A DNA stretch of 64,000 bases from the human T2T-CHM13v2.0 reference genome, Homo sapiens: the NCBI RefSeq assembly GCF_009914755.1, contig NC_060930.1; one strand, given 5' to 3'. This document shows positions 34,436 to 50,696 of this stretch, one piece after another; within the stretch, counting starts at the first letter, position 1, and every line of letters starts with the position of its first letter. The translations under genes and the position numbers were made by a program. Below the pieces are notes generated by a model that had not been told where the DNA came from, did not search any database, and saw only the letters and a program-made list of their open reading frames with translations.

Positions 34436-37343
34436 CTATTTATCTTTTATAGTACCTCAGAGTATTACGCACAGATGAGAATGTTCATTAAATGCTCAGG
34501 ACCAACTACACTAAAAAGGAAATCAGTATTTTGTTTCCCCTTTCCCATATTAGGTTTGGTTATAGAGTACTTCAGAAAGTACTGAGTGACACTGTAAATC
34601 CAGTGGAAAGGGCAACTGACTCACAAGTGAGAAGTCTCATATTCAATTCCCAGCTTTACCATTTACTTAGGCATGCGGCTTCTGGCAAGTCAAACTCTAT
34701 GACTGCTTGTCAATATCTGTACAATGGGATATCATTTGCCCTGTCAACCCAGGATTAGTTGGTCACCAACTGAATTCTATAGGAGACCATGATCAGTCTT
34801 TAAAGAACTGCTAAGCTTACTATAGAAAACAGTTAAATACTGGAAAACATGAATGTGTTTTCATTTTAGAACTGGAAAAGACCTTAAATGATCTTGTTCA
34901 GTCAGTTTACATGAGTAACCACAGGCCCAGAAAAATGTGGTGACTTCCTCAAAGTTACAAAAATATATTATGGCAGAATCAGTACAGCATCTAAATTTTC
35001 TTTTTCAGTCCAGAACACTTTCCACTATACTACCCTGTGTAACACTTCTTGCAACCCATCCCCTCTTTTATTCCAACATTCTCTACAGCCAGTTCTAGAT
35101 GGTAAACACTAAATGACGTTTAAAAAGTACCTAGGCAGATTTCTGAGGCTGAGACCTTACCTAATTTGACTGAATTGAATTGAATCTAAGATGTGCCAAA
35201 CTAATACTACTGAGTTACAATATTAGAAATGCAAGATCAGCTAATGTCTTAGAAATATGTATCTACTAAATGGCTGCATATTTGGCCTGTAGTTGAATTA
35301 TTATTTTTTTTACAGTTTCTAATTATATTGATATAATACAATTCAATTACATTGAGAAATACATGATTTTCTTAATTTAGAAGGTAATATTCTCATACAA
35401 TATAAAATATTGGAAGCAACATAAAATAGTTTTTGTTTCTGGTCATCTTCCTCTGTTTATCTTACAATTGAACTGGAAGTGTAATCTAAGTTGACAAATA
35501 GCTAATAAGTGTTCATGGTTCACCCTGGATTGTGTAACACTGGTTTAATGTATGCAAATGAAGAAGATGATGGAAATTATGTAATGCTTTCAATATCAGA
35601 AAGGTCCAAATTCAATCTTTAATGCAAAAATGAACTAAGTATTAAACATGAAAGGGAATAAAACAAACAAAAAACCCAAATGACTGCCTGATATTAGAAA
35701 CAAATTTTCATCTAAAAACAAAAACCTACTCCCAGAAATTTCCTAAACACACACACACCCACATACACACAAAGATTGAAACATTATCTAAACTGAGAGA
35801 AGGGTCTTGGAAACACAGAAACCTAACCAGAAGCGAAATAGCTTTAGGGGAAGAACATCAAAATGATAACTACCTCCTTAGTAATTTGTTTTTCCCTGAA
35901 TCAAGAATGTAAAAAGCTTTAGAAAGTAGCATTCAAAAACTAAGGTTGTAAGAACCAAATGAAGTAAGTTTGTGAAAGCATTTAGTAGACCATAAAGCAC
36001 AAGTTATTATTATATAACAATTTGTAGTCTACAAGCATAGCAATTCACCACAGAGCAGACGTAAACGCTTATTTAAAAACTGCAATTCTTGTATACTGAC
36101 TCACTGAATTTTTATTCTTAAAAAAGAATATTAGCCATGAAAGCTGCATCAACTATCCACTTCTGGAAAAGGAATTTATCATAGCCTCAATGTAAAAAAA
36201 AAGAAACTAAAAACATTTCCCCCTCTTTTCAAAATACAGGTCTTCTTTTAGCCATATGACCTTAAAGCAGGTCACATTTCCTCTCTGGAACTAGGTTTCC
36301 TAATATGTGTCAGGCCCTGTGGTAGGTGTTTTGCATATAATGTCTACTAAGATCTGTTATGCAGATAAAATGAAACAGAATTTATTAGCCCTTTCTTAGA
36401 GTAAACTAAAATTCAAAGGGGTTAGGAAACTTGCCCCAAATCACACAGCTAATAAATGGCATATCTGATACACTGAACTTTCCTCTAACTCCAAAGACCT
36501 TGCTCTTTCCACCATATTATCTTGTAAAATGAGGATATTCTCAATAATCTCTAAAGTTACTTTATGTGATAAAACATATATAATTCAGTAATCCATTACT
36601 CTTCCAAAACATGCACAGGAAAAAAAATTTATTTGTTGAACGTTATCTCACTACTTTGAACTTGCTGACACTTAAAAATAATTTTAGAATTTTAAAGTAG
36701 ACATAACTCGTTGACAATCTATAATATTTCACTAGGTTTTTCATGGACTATATAACGCAAAGTGCTTAATAAATTTAAAAAATGGCAAATAAATGGTAAG
36801 AGATAGTATTTTCAACCAAAGTTTTTAACAAGTTCTAAAGTGTCTTTAAAAAATATATATGCAGTTTTTACTTTTCTAAATTTTATAGTCATTAGAACCC
36901 AATTTACCTGTTAATTTGAAAAACGACGCTTTAAAGTCACTTTGAAATATCTTGTTCTAAAATAAATTACTGCAGAATAAAGAAAGGATATGGGTTTTCT
37001 GATAGCGATTTCTAGTCTAATATTATATTCTGATTGTCACCGAAATCATTCGTTATCTCTTCAGAATATGCTACTTGAAACATCTTTTGATCGTAGACCA
37101 GTCTATGTTACTTATGGTGAAATTCACCTACATTAGCCCAACTGAAAGCCGAGCATTTAAACATTACGAGTATTGCTGTGCGGTATCGGAGAAATTGAGA
37201 ACCATTCGGTGCTAAGGGAAACACTTTATTAGACTTGATGATCTACTAATTTAACAAGCATTTATTGAGCATCCCCTACATGCCAGGTACTGAAGTAGAA
37301 GTCGAATATAATACAATCTTTGGCCATTAAGAACATTACGTCC

Positions 37344-37650
37344 GGCCGGGCGCGGTGGCTCACGCCTGTAATCCCAGCACTTTGGGAGGCCGAGGCGGGT
37401 GGATCATGAGGTCAGGAGATCGAGACCATCCTGGCTAACAAGGTGAAACCCCGTCTCTACTAAAAATACAAAAAATTAGCCAGGCGCGGTGGCGGGCGCC
37501 TGTAGTCCCAGCTACTCAGGAGGCTGAGGCAGGAGAATGGCGTGAACCCGGGAAGCGGAGCTTGCAGTGAGCCGAGATTGCGCCACTGCAGTCCGCAGTC
37601 CGGCCTGGGCGACAGAGCGAGACTCCGTCTCAAAAAAAAAAAAAAAAAAA
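37344..37650 (+). mobile_element. AluYb8 (human-specific) in intron 1
   Basis: Diagnostic 7-bp duplication GCAGTCCGCAGTCC, plus GGATCATGAG, AACAAGGTG, GGAAGCGG; CpGs almost intact; pure A tail; 15-bp TSD AAGAACATTACGTCC at 37329-37343 and 37651-37665. Confidence 0.96.
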
Positions 37651-37859
37651 AAGAACATTACGTCCAGCGGACTGAAACTCCAGAACGGCTACGATCTTCG
37701 CTGAAACTACTACTTACAGATACGAGAACTGGTGGACCACACTATCTCACCAGTTCATTCTCCTGTTTATCACCGGAATATCAAATCCAAAATCAAGAGT
37801 ACCCAAGAGAGGAAAAAAGGCAGCTACTCCCGAGCAGTTGAGCTCAGAGAGTAACCCCC

Positions 37860-38730
<871 letters not shown>

Positions 38731-41590
38731 TGTTGAACTGTGTTTTTTGTGACGAAGCTTACTTTTAAGTTTCATCCCTAAACTAAGTTGACCTGTTTCT
38801 TTAAGACGGCTTGCAAAATGTGTTTTCCTCAATGTGGGATATGGAAAGAAGCAGTTGCTCCTGTTATTTTGAGCTAGTACCTGACGCTATGAGAAATTCT
38901 AAAAGAGCGAATCAGATCATGCAACATGAATAACTATGGAGGCTGAGTGATCAAGAACAGAAGTTAATATTTTGGTGTTACAAACTTTCCACGGATTAGG
39001 TGAATAAGATATTTATAATTTGGTGTGTTCATCTCAAGTTATGGATTACGAGTGCGGGGCACTAGTGCTTTAGATTGGTAAATGAATCATCAACAGTCGC
39101 CTTGAAAATCGAATATTTTTGTCACCATTTTCAGGACATGAGAAAACACGCTGAGAGTTTAAAGCAATTATGGTCCTCACAAACTAGATCATTCTGTCCC
39201 CAAGATGGTCAGTATTGCTCATGTTGTACTACCAGCACAAGTTTTAGTTTTAAACTAACTGTTGAATTTTATATAGTCCGTTTGACATAAAGCCTAACTG
39301 TGGAATTATGTTAAACACATTTGGGATTGCAAATAGATCATTGGATTTGACCATCAAGAAGTTACAAACTCCTGGGAAACATTCTGTCACTTTTTATTCG
39401 TAGTTCTAGTGACACGCAGTGACAGTTTGATGAGTGGATAAAAAAATGAAAGAAACGATAATTTCTTTTCACTGTACACTCTCTCTTTGCATGCTCTTAC
39501 CCAAGGTCTCTGTTTCTCATACTATTTTTATAATGATGACTCCTAATCTCCAAATACTCAAGATTTTTCCTGAATTCTGGACCTATTGGTCATCTCTACT
39601 TAGACAAACACCTAAACTTCAAGATACCACAGCAAATTCAAAAGTTGTCACCCACCACAAATATATTCCTATGTTATTTTCCTATGTCACTTAAGGATGC
39701 CATCACCCAGTTGGTTGTCCAAGTGAGAAATCAGGGCATGTGAAATGATGCGTGGTGCACTGATACCCAGTAGAAGCTGATATAATCAGTGGGACAGTCA
39801 TTTTCACCTGTCATTCCCCTTGCATTTCCAAACAAGGATGGTCACTTCTTACCTTGTGCTATAACTCTGCAGGTCTATATCCGATTTCCTTTTAACACCT
39901 TGATCTTGCTGCCAGGTGGGAACTCAATAAATACTTAGATATTCTGTACAAATGAATAGCTTTTGTCAGTCCTCCCTTTCCCTGGAGTGTAAGATATGTT
40001 TCCTGTACCTTCAGTTTAGGACTGGAATCTTGACAAAGGACTAATTAATTACCACAGCCATGATGCAGTTCTCCTGCTTGATTTTTCCCCCCAAAATTTT
40101 GTTACAAAAATGTCAAATATAGAGAAAAGTTGAAAGAATTTATGGTGAACACCTATATGCCCACCACCAGGATTCTACCTTTAACATTTTACTATACTTG
40201 CTTTATCATAATATACATATGTGCATCTCATCTCTCCATCCATATTTACATCCATCTACCATTTTGCTAGATGCATTTCAAAGTGAATTGATTACATGAT
40301 TTTGAATATCTTCTACCCCAACACTTCTATGTTTTATCCACTGATTTGGACTTCTAATATTGATGCCAGTCTAAAATCAATTTTTGTCCAACTTGCTTGC
40401 AGATTACTTTTTTCTTTTTTGTCTGCCTGCGCCTTTTCCCTAGCTTCTAGTAATAGATGGAAAGTTTCATCAGTGTTTATGTCTCTGGGTTCAGTCATTC
40501 CCAAGGTCCAATCCATCTCTTACATTCTGTGATTTGGTTATGTGAGCTAGTAAATTACCATTTCATTTAAGCTGGTCCAAGTTGTATTTTTGTCACTTGT
40601 AACCAAATAATCCTAAGTAATAAAGTTTAAATGCAGAGGAATGATGGAGGGGAGCTGAACCTCTCTCAGTTCACTTCAATTTTGACTTTGCATTTCCTTT
40701 AACTTTCATGAATTAAGGATAGAAACTTGACCTCAGAATTTCATGTCAACTTCAGTCACCAGTCTGTGTGTCTCCACACGTTTCCGGATACATATCAAAA
40801 CTATTTAAGTAAATTCCTTGAAGTCCCTCCGAGTTTGAGCACCCTCCACCATTCTCCCTCATGTCAGCACCCTAATAACTACTCTCTAACTTCCAACTCT
40901 GTCTTCAATTTTGGCCCTTTTATACTCTCCAGGGGTTGAGAGGACAAGGGTTTCAAAATCCATTTCCCACCACCTCTTTGCTTGTTCTAAATGAGATTCT
41001 GATCTTATTTGGCTCATTTTGGGTGTAGGGATATCTGGGACCTATTTTAATGGAGGCTTAGCAGAAACTGGGACTAAAGTAACACCACTTTAATGTTCTG
41101 GGTCATATATATGTCAGACAAGTGTTCCATATTTCCATCATAGGCTTGATGATAACATCAATAATTGAGTTTCCATTATTCTCTTCTGCCTTTTGTGGTA
41201 TTTGCTATATTCTACAATAGTGTTTTTCAATCTTTTTTTTTCATTATTGTTCTTTTAAGGAGCCTTTTTAGACATCTTAATGCCCCTCCTCAAAGTTTTA
41301 ATACCTCAGATACACTGTATATCTATTTATGTATTGTATGTATATTTGTGCTTTCTATGTAAAAAGAGTAAGATTTTTTCTCTCTCCAGTTTTTGCCCCC
41401 TGTGGAGGTGTTATTGCCTCCATTGAGAATGCATGTACTAGCAGTTTCATTTTTCACATGACACATCACAAAGTACAACAGAGAGCATCTCTTGGTAGCC
41501 ATCTCAGAAGAGCAGTTAAACATTCTTTTTCAAAAGCCCTTGGTAAGTTTACCCTTGAGGGATGGGGAACAGGATGCTTGAGGATACACA

Positions 41591-42827
41591 CAGTCATGCG
41601 CTGCATAACGATTTTTTGGTCAATGGACCTCATATGTGACAGTGGTCCTATATGATTATAATGAAGCTGAAAAAATCCTATTGGCTAGTGACATTGTAGC
41701 CATAGTAATGTCATAGCATGACACATTACTTATAGTGCATTACTCGTGTTTGTGGTGATACTGGTGTAAACAAACTTATGCTGCTAGTCATACAAAAGTA
41801 TAATACAATTATGTGCAGTGCATAATATTGATAATGATAAACAACTATGTTACTGGTTTATATAATTACTATACTATACTTTTTAATTGTTATTTTACAG
41901 TGTACTCCTACTTCCATAAAAAAACTATAAAACAGCCTCAGGCAGGTCCTTCAGGAGGTATTCCAGAAGAAGGCATTGTTATCATAAGAGATGACTGCTC
42001 CGTGCGTGTTATTGCCCCTGAAGACTTTCTGGTGGGACAAGATGTGGAGGTGGAAGATAGTGATGTTGATGATCCTGACCCTGTGTAGGTAGACCTAGGC
42101 CAACATATGTTTGTCTTACTTTTTAGCCAAAACGTTTAAAAACTATAAAAAAATAAATAAACAGAAAAAAGTGTATAGAATAAGGATCCAAATAAAATAC
42201 TTTTGTACAGCTGTTCAGTGTGTTTGTGTTTTAAAGCTAAGTGTTATTACAAAAGAGTCAAAAAGTTTTAAAAAATTTAAAAGTTTATGAAGTAAAAGAG
42301 TTATAATAAGCTAAGGTTAATTTATTGTTGAAGAAAACTTTTAAAAAATAAATTTAGTGTAACCCAAGAGTACAGTGTTTATAAAGTCTACAGTAGTGTA
42401 CAGTAATGTTCTAGGCCTTCGCATTCACTCACCAGTCACTCACTGGCTCACCCAGAGTAACTTCCAGTCTTGCAAACTCCATTTATGGTGAGTGCCCTAT
42501 ATAGGTGTACCATTTTTTTAAATCTTTTATATTGTTTCGTTACTGTACCTTTTCTATGTTTAGATACACAAATACCATTGTGTTACATTTGCCTGCAGTA
42601 TTCAGTATAGTAACATGGTTTATACAGCTTGTAGCCTAGGAACAGGTATAGCTGTTATATACCTAGGTATACCATATAGCCTAGGTGTATAGTAGGCTAT
42701 GTCATCTTGTAATGATATAAGTATATAATGTTTGTATAAGTACACTCTATGATGTTCACATAATGGTGGAATTGCCGATCAACACACTTCTCAAAACTTA
42801 TCCCTGTAGTTAAGCAATGCATGACTG
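41591..42827. mobile_element. Tigger3b (MER7/Golem family) DNA transposon
   Basis: 1237 bp, TIRs CAGTCATGCGCTGCATAAC / GTTAAGCAATGCATGACTG, followed by TA. Confidence 0.85.
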
Positions 42828-43007
42828 TACGTTGTTTAACTTAGATTGAGGGCTCCTGGAAACATGGGCTCTAAGGAGGAGGAGGAGATGCTAACCCAAA
42901 GGAAAATCTTAATACTCTTAGGAACAGCAAAGCAGGCAATGGTTGATGGGTGGTGGGTATGCAACCAGCAAATGCTCATTATTCATATGTTTATTCAGAT
43001 TGAGCTC

Positions 43008-43537
43008 TGTGATGGTTAATTTTGTGTCAACTTGATTTGGCTAAGGTATACCCAGCTAGCTGGCAAAACATTATATCTGGGTGTGTCGGCGAGGGTGTAC
43101 TTGGAAGAGATTAGCATTTGATTAAGTAGGCTGAGTAAAGAAGATCTGACCTCACCAATGTAGGGAGTCATCATCCCATTGTTGAGAGCCCAACAGGACA
43201 AAAAGGTAAAGGAAGGATGATTCACTCTCTCTTCTTGAGCTGGGACATCTATTTCCTCTGTACTCAGACATCAGAGATCCTGGGTCTTGGCCTTTGGACT
43301 TCAGGACTTACACCAGTCCTCCCCTTAGGCCTTTAGAGCCGGTCTGAGAGTTACACTCTTGGCTCCCCTGGTTCTCAGGTCTTGGACTGGATTACACCAC
43401 TGGCTTTCCTGGTTCTCTAGCTTGCAGAAAGCAGATGGGGTAACTTCATGGCCTCCGTAATTACATGAGCCAATTTTCATAATAGATCTCCTTATATATA
43501 TCTTACTGGTTTTGATTCTCCGGAAAGCCCTAACACA
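43008..43537 (+). mobile_element. MLT2 (ERVL) solo LTR
   Basis: TGTGATGGTTAATTTT...ACA termini; 5-bp TSD AGCTC at 43003-43007 and 43538-43542. Confidence 0.88.
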
Positions 43538-44511
43538 AGCTCCACACCTAGAAAGTGCTATTTTTACTGCCTGAGACCCAAACCCACCCAACCCAATTAA
43601 ATATTATTCTTTCCAGGAAGTTCAGAAATAGTATTCTGCTGCACTGTATTCAGAACTGGAGTATGCAGAGGATAGCCAGTCCCTCAGCATTTTAGTGACA
43701 CGGCTAGAGAGCAGCATTTCTTTAATATATGCATTTGTTCTATATTTTCTACCCTCCATATCTTCATCCTAGGTCTCTGGCATCCCAGGAGAAACTAAGC
43801 TGGAACTTAGCCAACTCATGGAGCTGCAGGAAGCGTTGGTGTTCCAGTTACCCACAATGTAGCTTTTAAGGGTGAGCATTGCAAAGGTGGAGTAGAGGCT
43901 TCTGGCAGGTGCAGCTCCAAGACATTCTCTGACATCACAGTTAGCTGACATTTCTGTTTGCAGGTAACATTCTCTCCTTTAACCCCATCCCCATCCAAGC
44001 TAGTTATAGGTGACTGTTTTGATGATGTCTGTGTGTTCTGCCAATAAAAATGTCCATTATTTTCTAAACACTTGATATAAGAAAGTACAACTTATCTCAA
44101 AATTTGCTTATATTACCACAAGACATTTGAACATTATATTTGACAACTAAAGGAGAGCTGTTTAATTTGAACTGTTGTAAATTTTAGAATGGTTATAAAA
44201 ATGCTTTTTTCATTTACTTTTATGAAGAAAGTTTTTCTTTGATGATGACTATCAAGAATTTGAAGAGATCATCCTTAAAAAGTCTGGATCAGGAATTGAT
44301 GGTAGTCATTTCAAATATAATAATTTATGTTAAAAATTATATTCATGAAGGAAAGCTTATTAAAAATTCTTACTAAAATTTCAAAGAGTCTATTTGGTGT
44401 TTTATACAAATTTAGTGTTTAACATTGTCTCTAATACATTGTATTTCATTTTTCAAAATTATATAATGTAAAAAAAAAGATGGTTTTTAAAATTAAGCCC
44501 TGAATAGATGA

Positions 44512-44880
<369 letters not shown>

Positions 44881-44934
44881 AATATATCATTTTCTATGTG
44901 TGCCATGACATGAAAAAGTTTGGGAAGCACCGAG

Positions 44935-46430
<1,496 letters not shown>

Positions 46431-48335
46431 TTCATCTAACTGTCTGCTGTTGGACATTGAGGTTGTTTTTAACACTCCCCCCTCCCCCCTTTAAATATCA
46501 CTGAGATGAACATCCGTGAACATTATTTAAATTTAGTGTTTTTAGGGTATCTTCATGCAAAAGCTATTCTATTTCTTTGGTAATCTTAAAATGCTTCAAG
46601 TTTGCTTATGCTTTAGAGAGGGGTGGTAAACTAATTGTAGTTAGGATTTCTGTGCTTTATCTTCAAAGCACAGGTTTTAGAATTCTGATAGAGTTCTTAT
46701 CTTGATTCTGCCACATATCTTGAATAAATTACTTAAAATTTCAACTTTAGTTTATCTAATACCTACATCAAAGGTTTTGGTGCAGATTAAAAGTGACTGG
46801 TTCATAGAAATTAAATATGAAGTAATTGTTAGTTTTCCTTTTTTCCTTCTTGGTGTGGTGATAATGGGCAAAACAGTTCTCCATCACAGATAATAGGAGA
46901 CTATTGTCCCATCATAGCTTAGTTGCTAACTGGTACAAAATTGGAAAGAAAAGAGAGGCTGGATTGGGGAGATTTGTTGAGGGGAAAAAAGTGTGCTGGT
47001 GATTTTTTTATGTATACTCTTTCCACTAGCCCCAGTAAGAGGGGTCTCTGCTCTGAGCCACACACTTTAAAATCTCCTTTTATACCATGTTTGTCATGGG
47101 ATGAGAGCTCTAGGTACTCAAGCCCCTGAAATAGCCCCCAGACAGCCCCAAAGCTACGTGTACAAGTTTCTCCTCTGGGTCTGTCCTCCGGAGGGCTAGC
47201 CAAAGTGTATCTGTGTATGCGTATGTGTGTGTGAATGGGCTCAGATGGGCAGGCTTGGGAGCCCACATGTGGGTGTGTAAAGGCCCCTTGCAGTGTAGAT
47301 TGAGCCCAGAGTAGGAGGACAGGGGTATAAATCAGGAGTTGGAGGCTAGCTTTGCTTATACCACTACATTCTAGTGAAAGGGAATATTGTCAAGGTAGGA
47401 GGATGGAATATATTTTATTTACCAGTTTACCTTGATTTACTGCTTATAAATATTTAGGCATATAATATGTGAGCCTCCATTTGTACTCTTACCCTGAGCC
47501 CCACAGATGTTAGGAGAATGTCTGCTTTTGTAAGTGCTAGATTTCTGTTCCTGTGTACTACTCGTGATTTATAGGTAAGATGTTCCCAGCTTGGATTTGC
47601 TATTTCCTAAATTTTCCACAGATGTCTGTACCTTATCAGGTAGGTCTCAGCTCAAACAGCACCTCAGAGATAGTGATATGGTCCTCCCTTTGGCTCCCTC
47701 TCCCTTCACTTCTATCTATTACTAAGTTTTATTTCTAGCCCTTTACCTATCAACATCATCTTTTTAATTATTTTCTCTCTTGTTTATTTTCTGTCCTCCT
47801 ACCCCTTACCAGACCCTGCCCATTGGATGTTAGCTGAACTGGGGTGAGAATTGTAAGTGTTTAGTAGACACTTAATAACTTTTTAGAAAGTAAATGAGTA
47901 TCTACATTTCTAAATAAATGCTGTTTACTTTATTTCAGGTGTAAGGATTGGGTTAACCAAATGTTTTCTATAACTGGGGGAAGATTTAATAAATAAATTG
48001 ATATATAATTGGCATACCAACTATTTGTAATGAAGATTTCTCGAGTATTTGAGGGTTTTGAAAATTCTTCATTCTCCTGGTCAGTTTAAATATCTCTCCA
48101 ATCTTCATGTTACTAAGTTTTAGGATACTTTTTTCCCCTGGATTTTCCAAGGGTAAACTTTAGTTCTTTCCAAATACCTATTTAATTCATTTGAATAGTT
48201 TGCTTGTTGAAAGTTAATAAGGTGTTATTATGGCACTAATGATTACTTTCAGAAATAACTGATATTTTAATCAAAAAATATGTAAAAATAGAGAGAATAG
48301 ACAGAGTTTTATTTTCTGAGCTTCCGAGCTAAGCT

Positions 48336-48419
48336 TTATCATCATGATATACTTCAGCATCGGTTTTTCATGGCAGAAACTTAATCAGATAAGAACATGA
48401 GTCAGCAAAAAAATTATCT
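48336..48419. promoter_or_regulatory. Candidate enhancer: GATA + NF-E2/MARE + GATA
   Basis: TTATCA 48336-48341, AGATAA 48387-48392, ATGAGTCAGCA 48397-48407, TTATCT 48414-48419, in non-repeat DNA. Confidence 0.5.
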
Positions 48420-49866
48420 TCATGGAAATAGTGCTCTTCACTACAAAAGTGCATTCACTGAATGTTTTATGTCATAGACTAATATGTCACATCGATGTTC
48501 TTAGATGATCTTTCTCAGAAGAAACTGCAGAAGCAATTTGGTTTCATTTATGGGAATAAATAAGGGTATTTCATTTCACACAGCCTCAGGAAATCACAAA
48601 TTAAAACTTTCCACTAAAATGGATGCCATCCACTCTTCATTATTTCAACAAACAAACCACTCCACTCTGCTGAAGCTATAATCAGGGTAAGGGATATTGT
48701 AGTGCTTGAAACCTGTGAGGCTGAGAGGGTCTACTTTGCATTCTTGTTCGTTAGCAACCCATTTCACATCTTCCTCCGAGTTCCCCAGCACCGCACAGAG
48801 CTACTCTCAGTGGCACAAAGCTCTATTAAGTAAATAGAGGCTCCATATTTAAAAGCCATCTCTGGGAATTCAAAGTGCTCTGAGAGGGAAGTCAGTACTA
48901 TCAAGATTAAGGTATTAATGAAAAGTTCTGTTAAATTTCTGTTGGGATGCTAATTAATCTTCTAAAAATTGTTAATCAATTCAATTATGTAACACACTTA
49001 AACTTTAACACATGATACAGGAAAAGTAACAGGGTCTTTTAATTATGCCCAGAGGCATTCAGAAAGTTAAGGGAAATTGTCTAATGGGAAAAGTGTCCCC
49101 AAATGGTGTTTTAGTTGAATCTAAAATATTCACTTGTTCTATTACACTTGACAAGTTTGGGAAATCGATATTTAGTGCTTAGATATCCGAAGAAATATTA
49201 GAAGTATTAGAAGAAATTCAGGAAGTGGAATTATGACAACTATTTCTTAATGGAATTTTCTATCTGAAGTGCAGAAGACAATCTAAGCACAGATTATTAA
49301 ACTCATGCTTTAGCTTGAATTGTTAAATGAAGAAATAATCTGATAAACTTTTAATATTTGAAGGCTGACTAACCATGCTAACTCTAAGTATTGAGCTAAG
49401 TGAGCTATGCTATATTCCTATCAATATTAAAATATTTTGTTTTAGTTGTTAATCGGAATTTGAATCATATCAGTTTTGTTAAATATTAAAATGTCAATCC
49501 ATTTCTAAATATTTTAGTGTGTATGAAACAGTATGTGAAAGTATGTAGTACAGAGCCTAGAAAATATGTGGTTTTCAAAAATGTTAACATGAATGAAATA
49601 CTATATAGAGGAACAGAAATAAACAACATGATGCAACAACAATAGTTAGTCACCATTCTATAGATTCTGATCAGTAAGTCTCTGATATGGCAGCATTAGT
49701 TTCTATGTCACAGGCCAATCAGAGTTGAGAGCCCTTGAGGTCACATATAGGCAGCAGCATTTATGTTAATAAATAATTTGAATTATTCATTTTGAATAAC
49801 TAAAAATTAGTGATTGTATTTTAATCTTCAGCACATTTTCCTATTGTTTAAATGAAGAAAGTCGCT

Positions 49867-50028
49867 GCCTGGGCAACACAGTGAGACCTTGTCTCTACAA
49901 AAAAGTAAAAAAATTGAGGCAGGAGGATCGCTTGAACCCAGGAGGTTGAGGCTGCAGTAAAATGTGATCATGCCACTGCACTCTTGCCTGTGTGACAGAG
50001 TGACAGCTTGCTTCAATCAATCAATCAA
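49867..50028 (+). mobile_element. AluJ fragment
   Basis: Partial left arm joined to right arm (GAGGATCGCTTGAACCCAGG); (CAAT)n tail. Confidence 0.75.
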
Positions 50029-50360
50029 GTTGGTGTTAGCTGTTTTGATTTATAATACATTTCTTTTCACTGAAGTTGAAGACTATTTCCAGTAGGGTTC
50101 ATGGGGCAGTTACACATTGGTAAGGATACCTTGATCGTGGCTGTAATCTTTGGTTTTGTAAGCTTAATAACTCCATTTTATCAGTTAATTCAAAGGATGA
50201 TTAGGCTTTTGATTCCTCCTTGCCAGAACCACTAGTGACCATATGAACTAAAGAGCCAATATAGTATACTAGTCCTGAGTGAGGGGCTGGAGACTGGTTA
50301 AGCTGAAGAGAATGATAATAGGCTTATGAATAAAAGGAGACTTTAAAAGAGTGGTATATA

Positions 50361-50696
50361 CAGTAGTTCTCCTTTATCCATGGTTTCACTTTCTGCAGTT
50401 TCAGTGACCATATTCAGTCTGCAAATATTCAGTGAAAATGCCAGCAATAAACAATTCATACATTTAAAGTTGTGCACTGTTCTAAATAGCATGATGAAAT
50501 CTTGTGCTGTCACATTCTGTCCTGTCCCTTTGTCCGGGGTATCCATGCTGTAGAAACTACCCACCCATTAGTCACTTAGCAGCCATCTTGGTTATCAGGT
50601 TGAAAAAACAGTATATAGAGTTTGGTACTAGGCATGGTTTCAGGCATCCACTAGAGGTCTTGGAACGTTTTCCCCTTGGATAAGGGCAGTCTACTG
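50361..50696. mobile_element. MER44A-like (Tigger7 derivative)
   Basis: ~336 bp, TIRs CAGTAGTTCTCCTTTATCCA / TGGATAAGGGCAGTCTACTG. Confidence 0.8.

Noticed and set aside
40095-40350. Similarity to 56580-56840 as a local segmental duplication
   Set aside because: Highly diverged; better explained as two independent ancient L1M fragments
41813-42088. ORF with acidic tail (VGQDVEVEDSDVDDPDPV)
   Set aside because: Remnant transposase C-terminus inside Tigger3b
42658-42671. Perfect palindrome TATACCTAGGTATA
   Set aside because: Local rearrangement of CCTAGG motifs within Tigger3b
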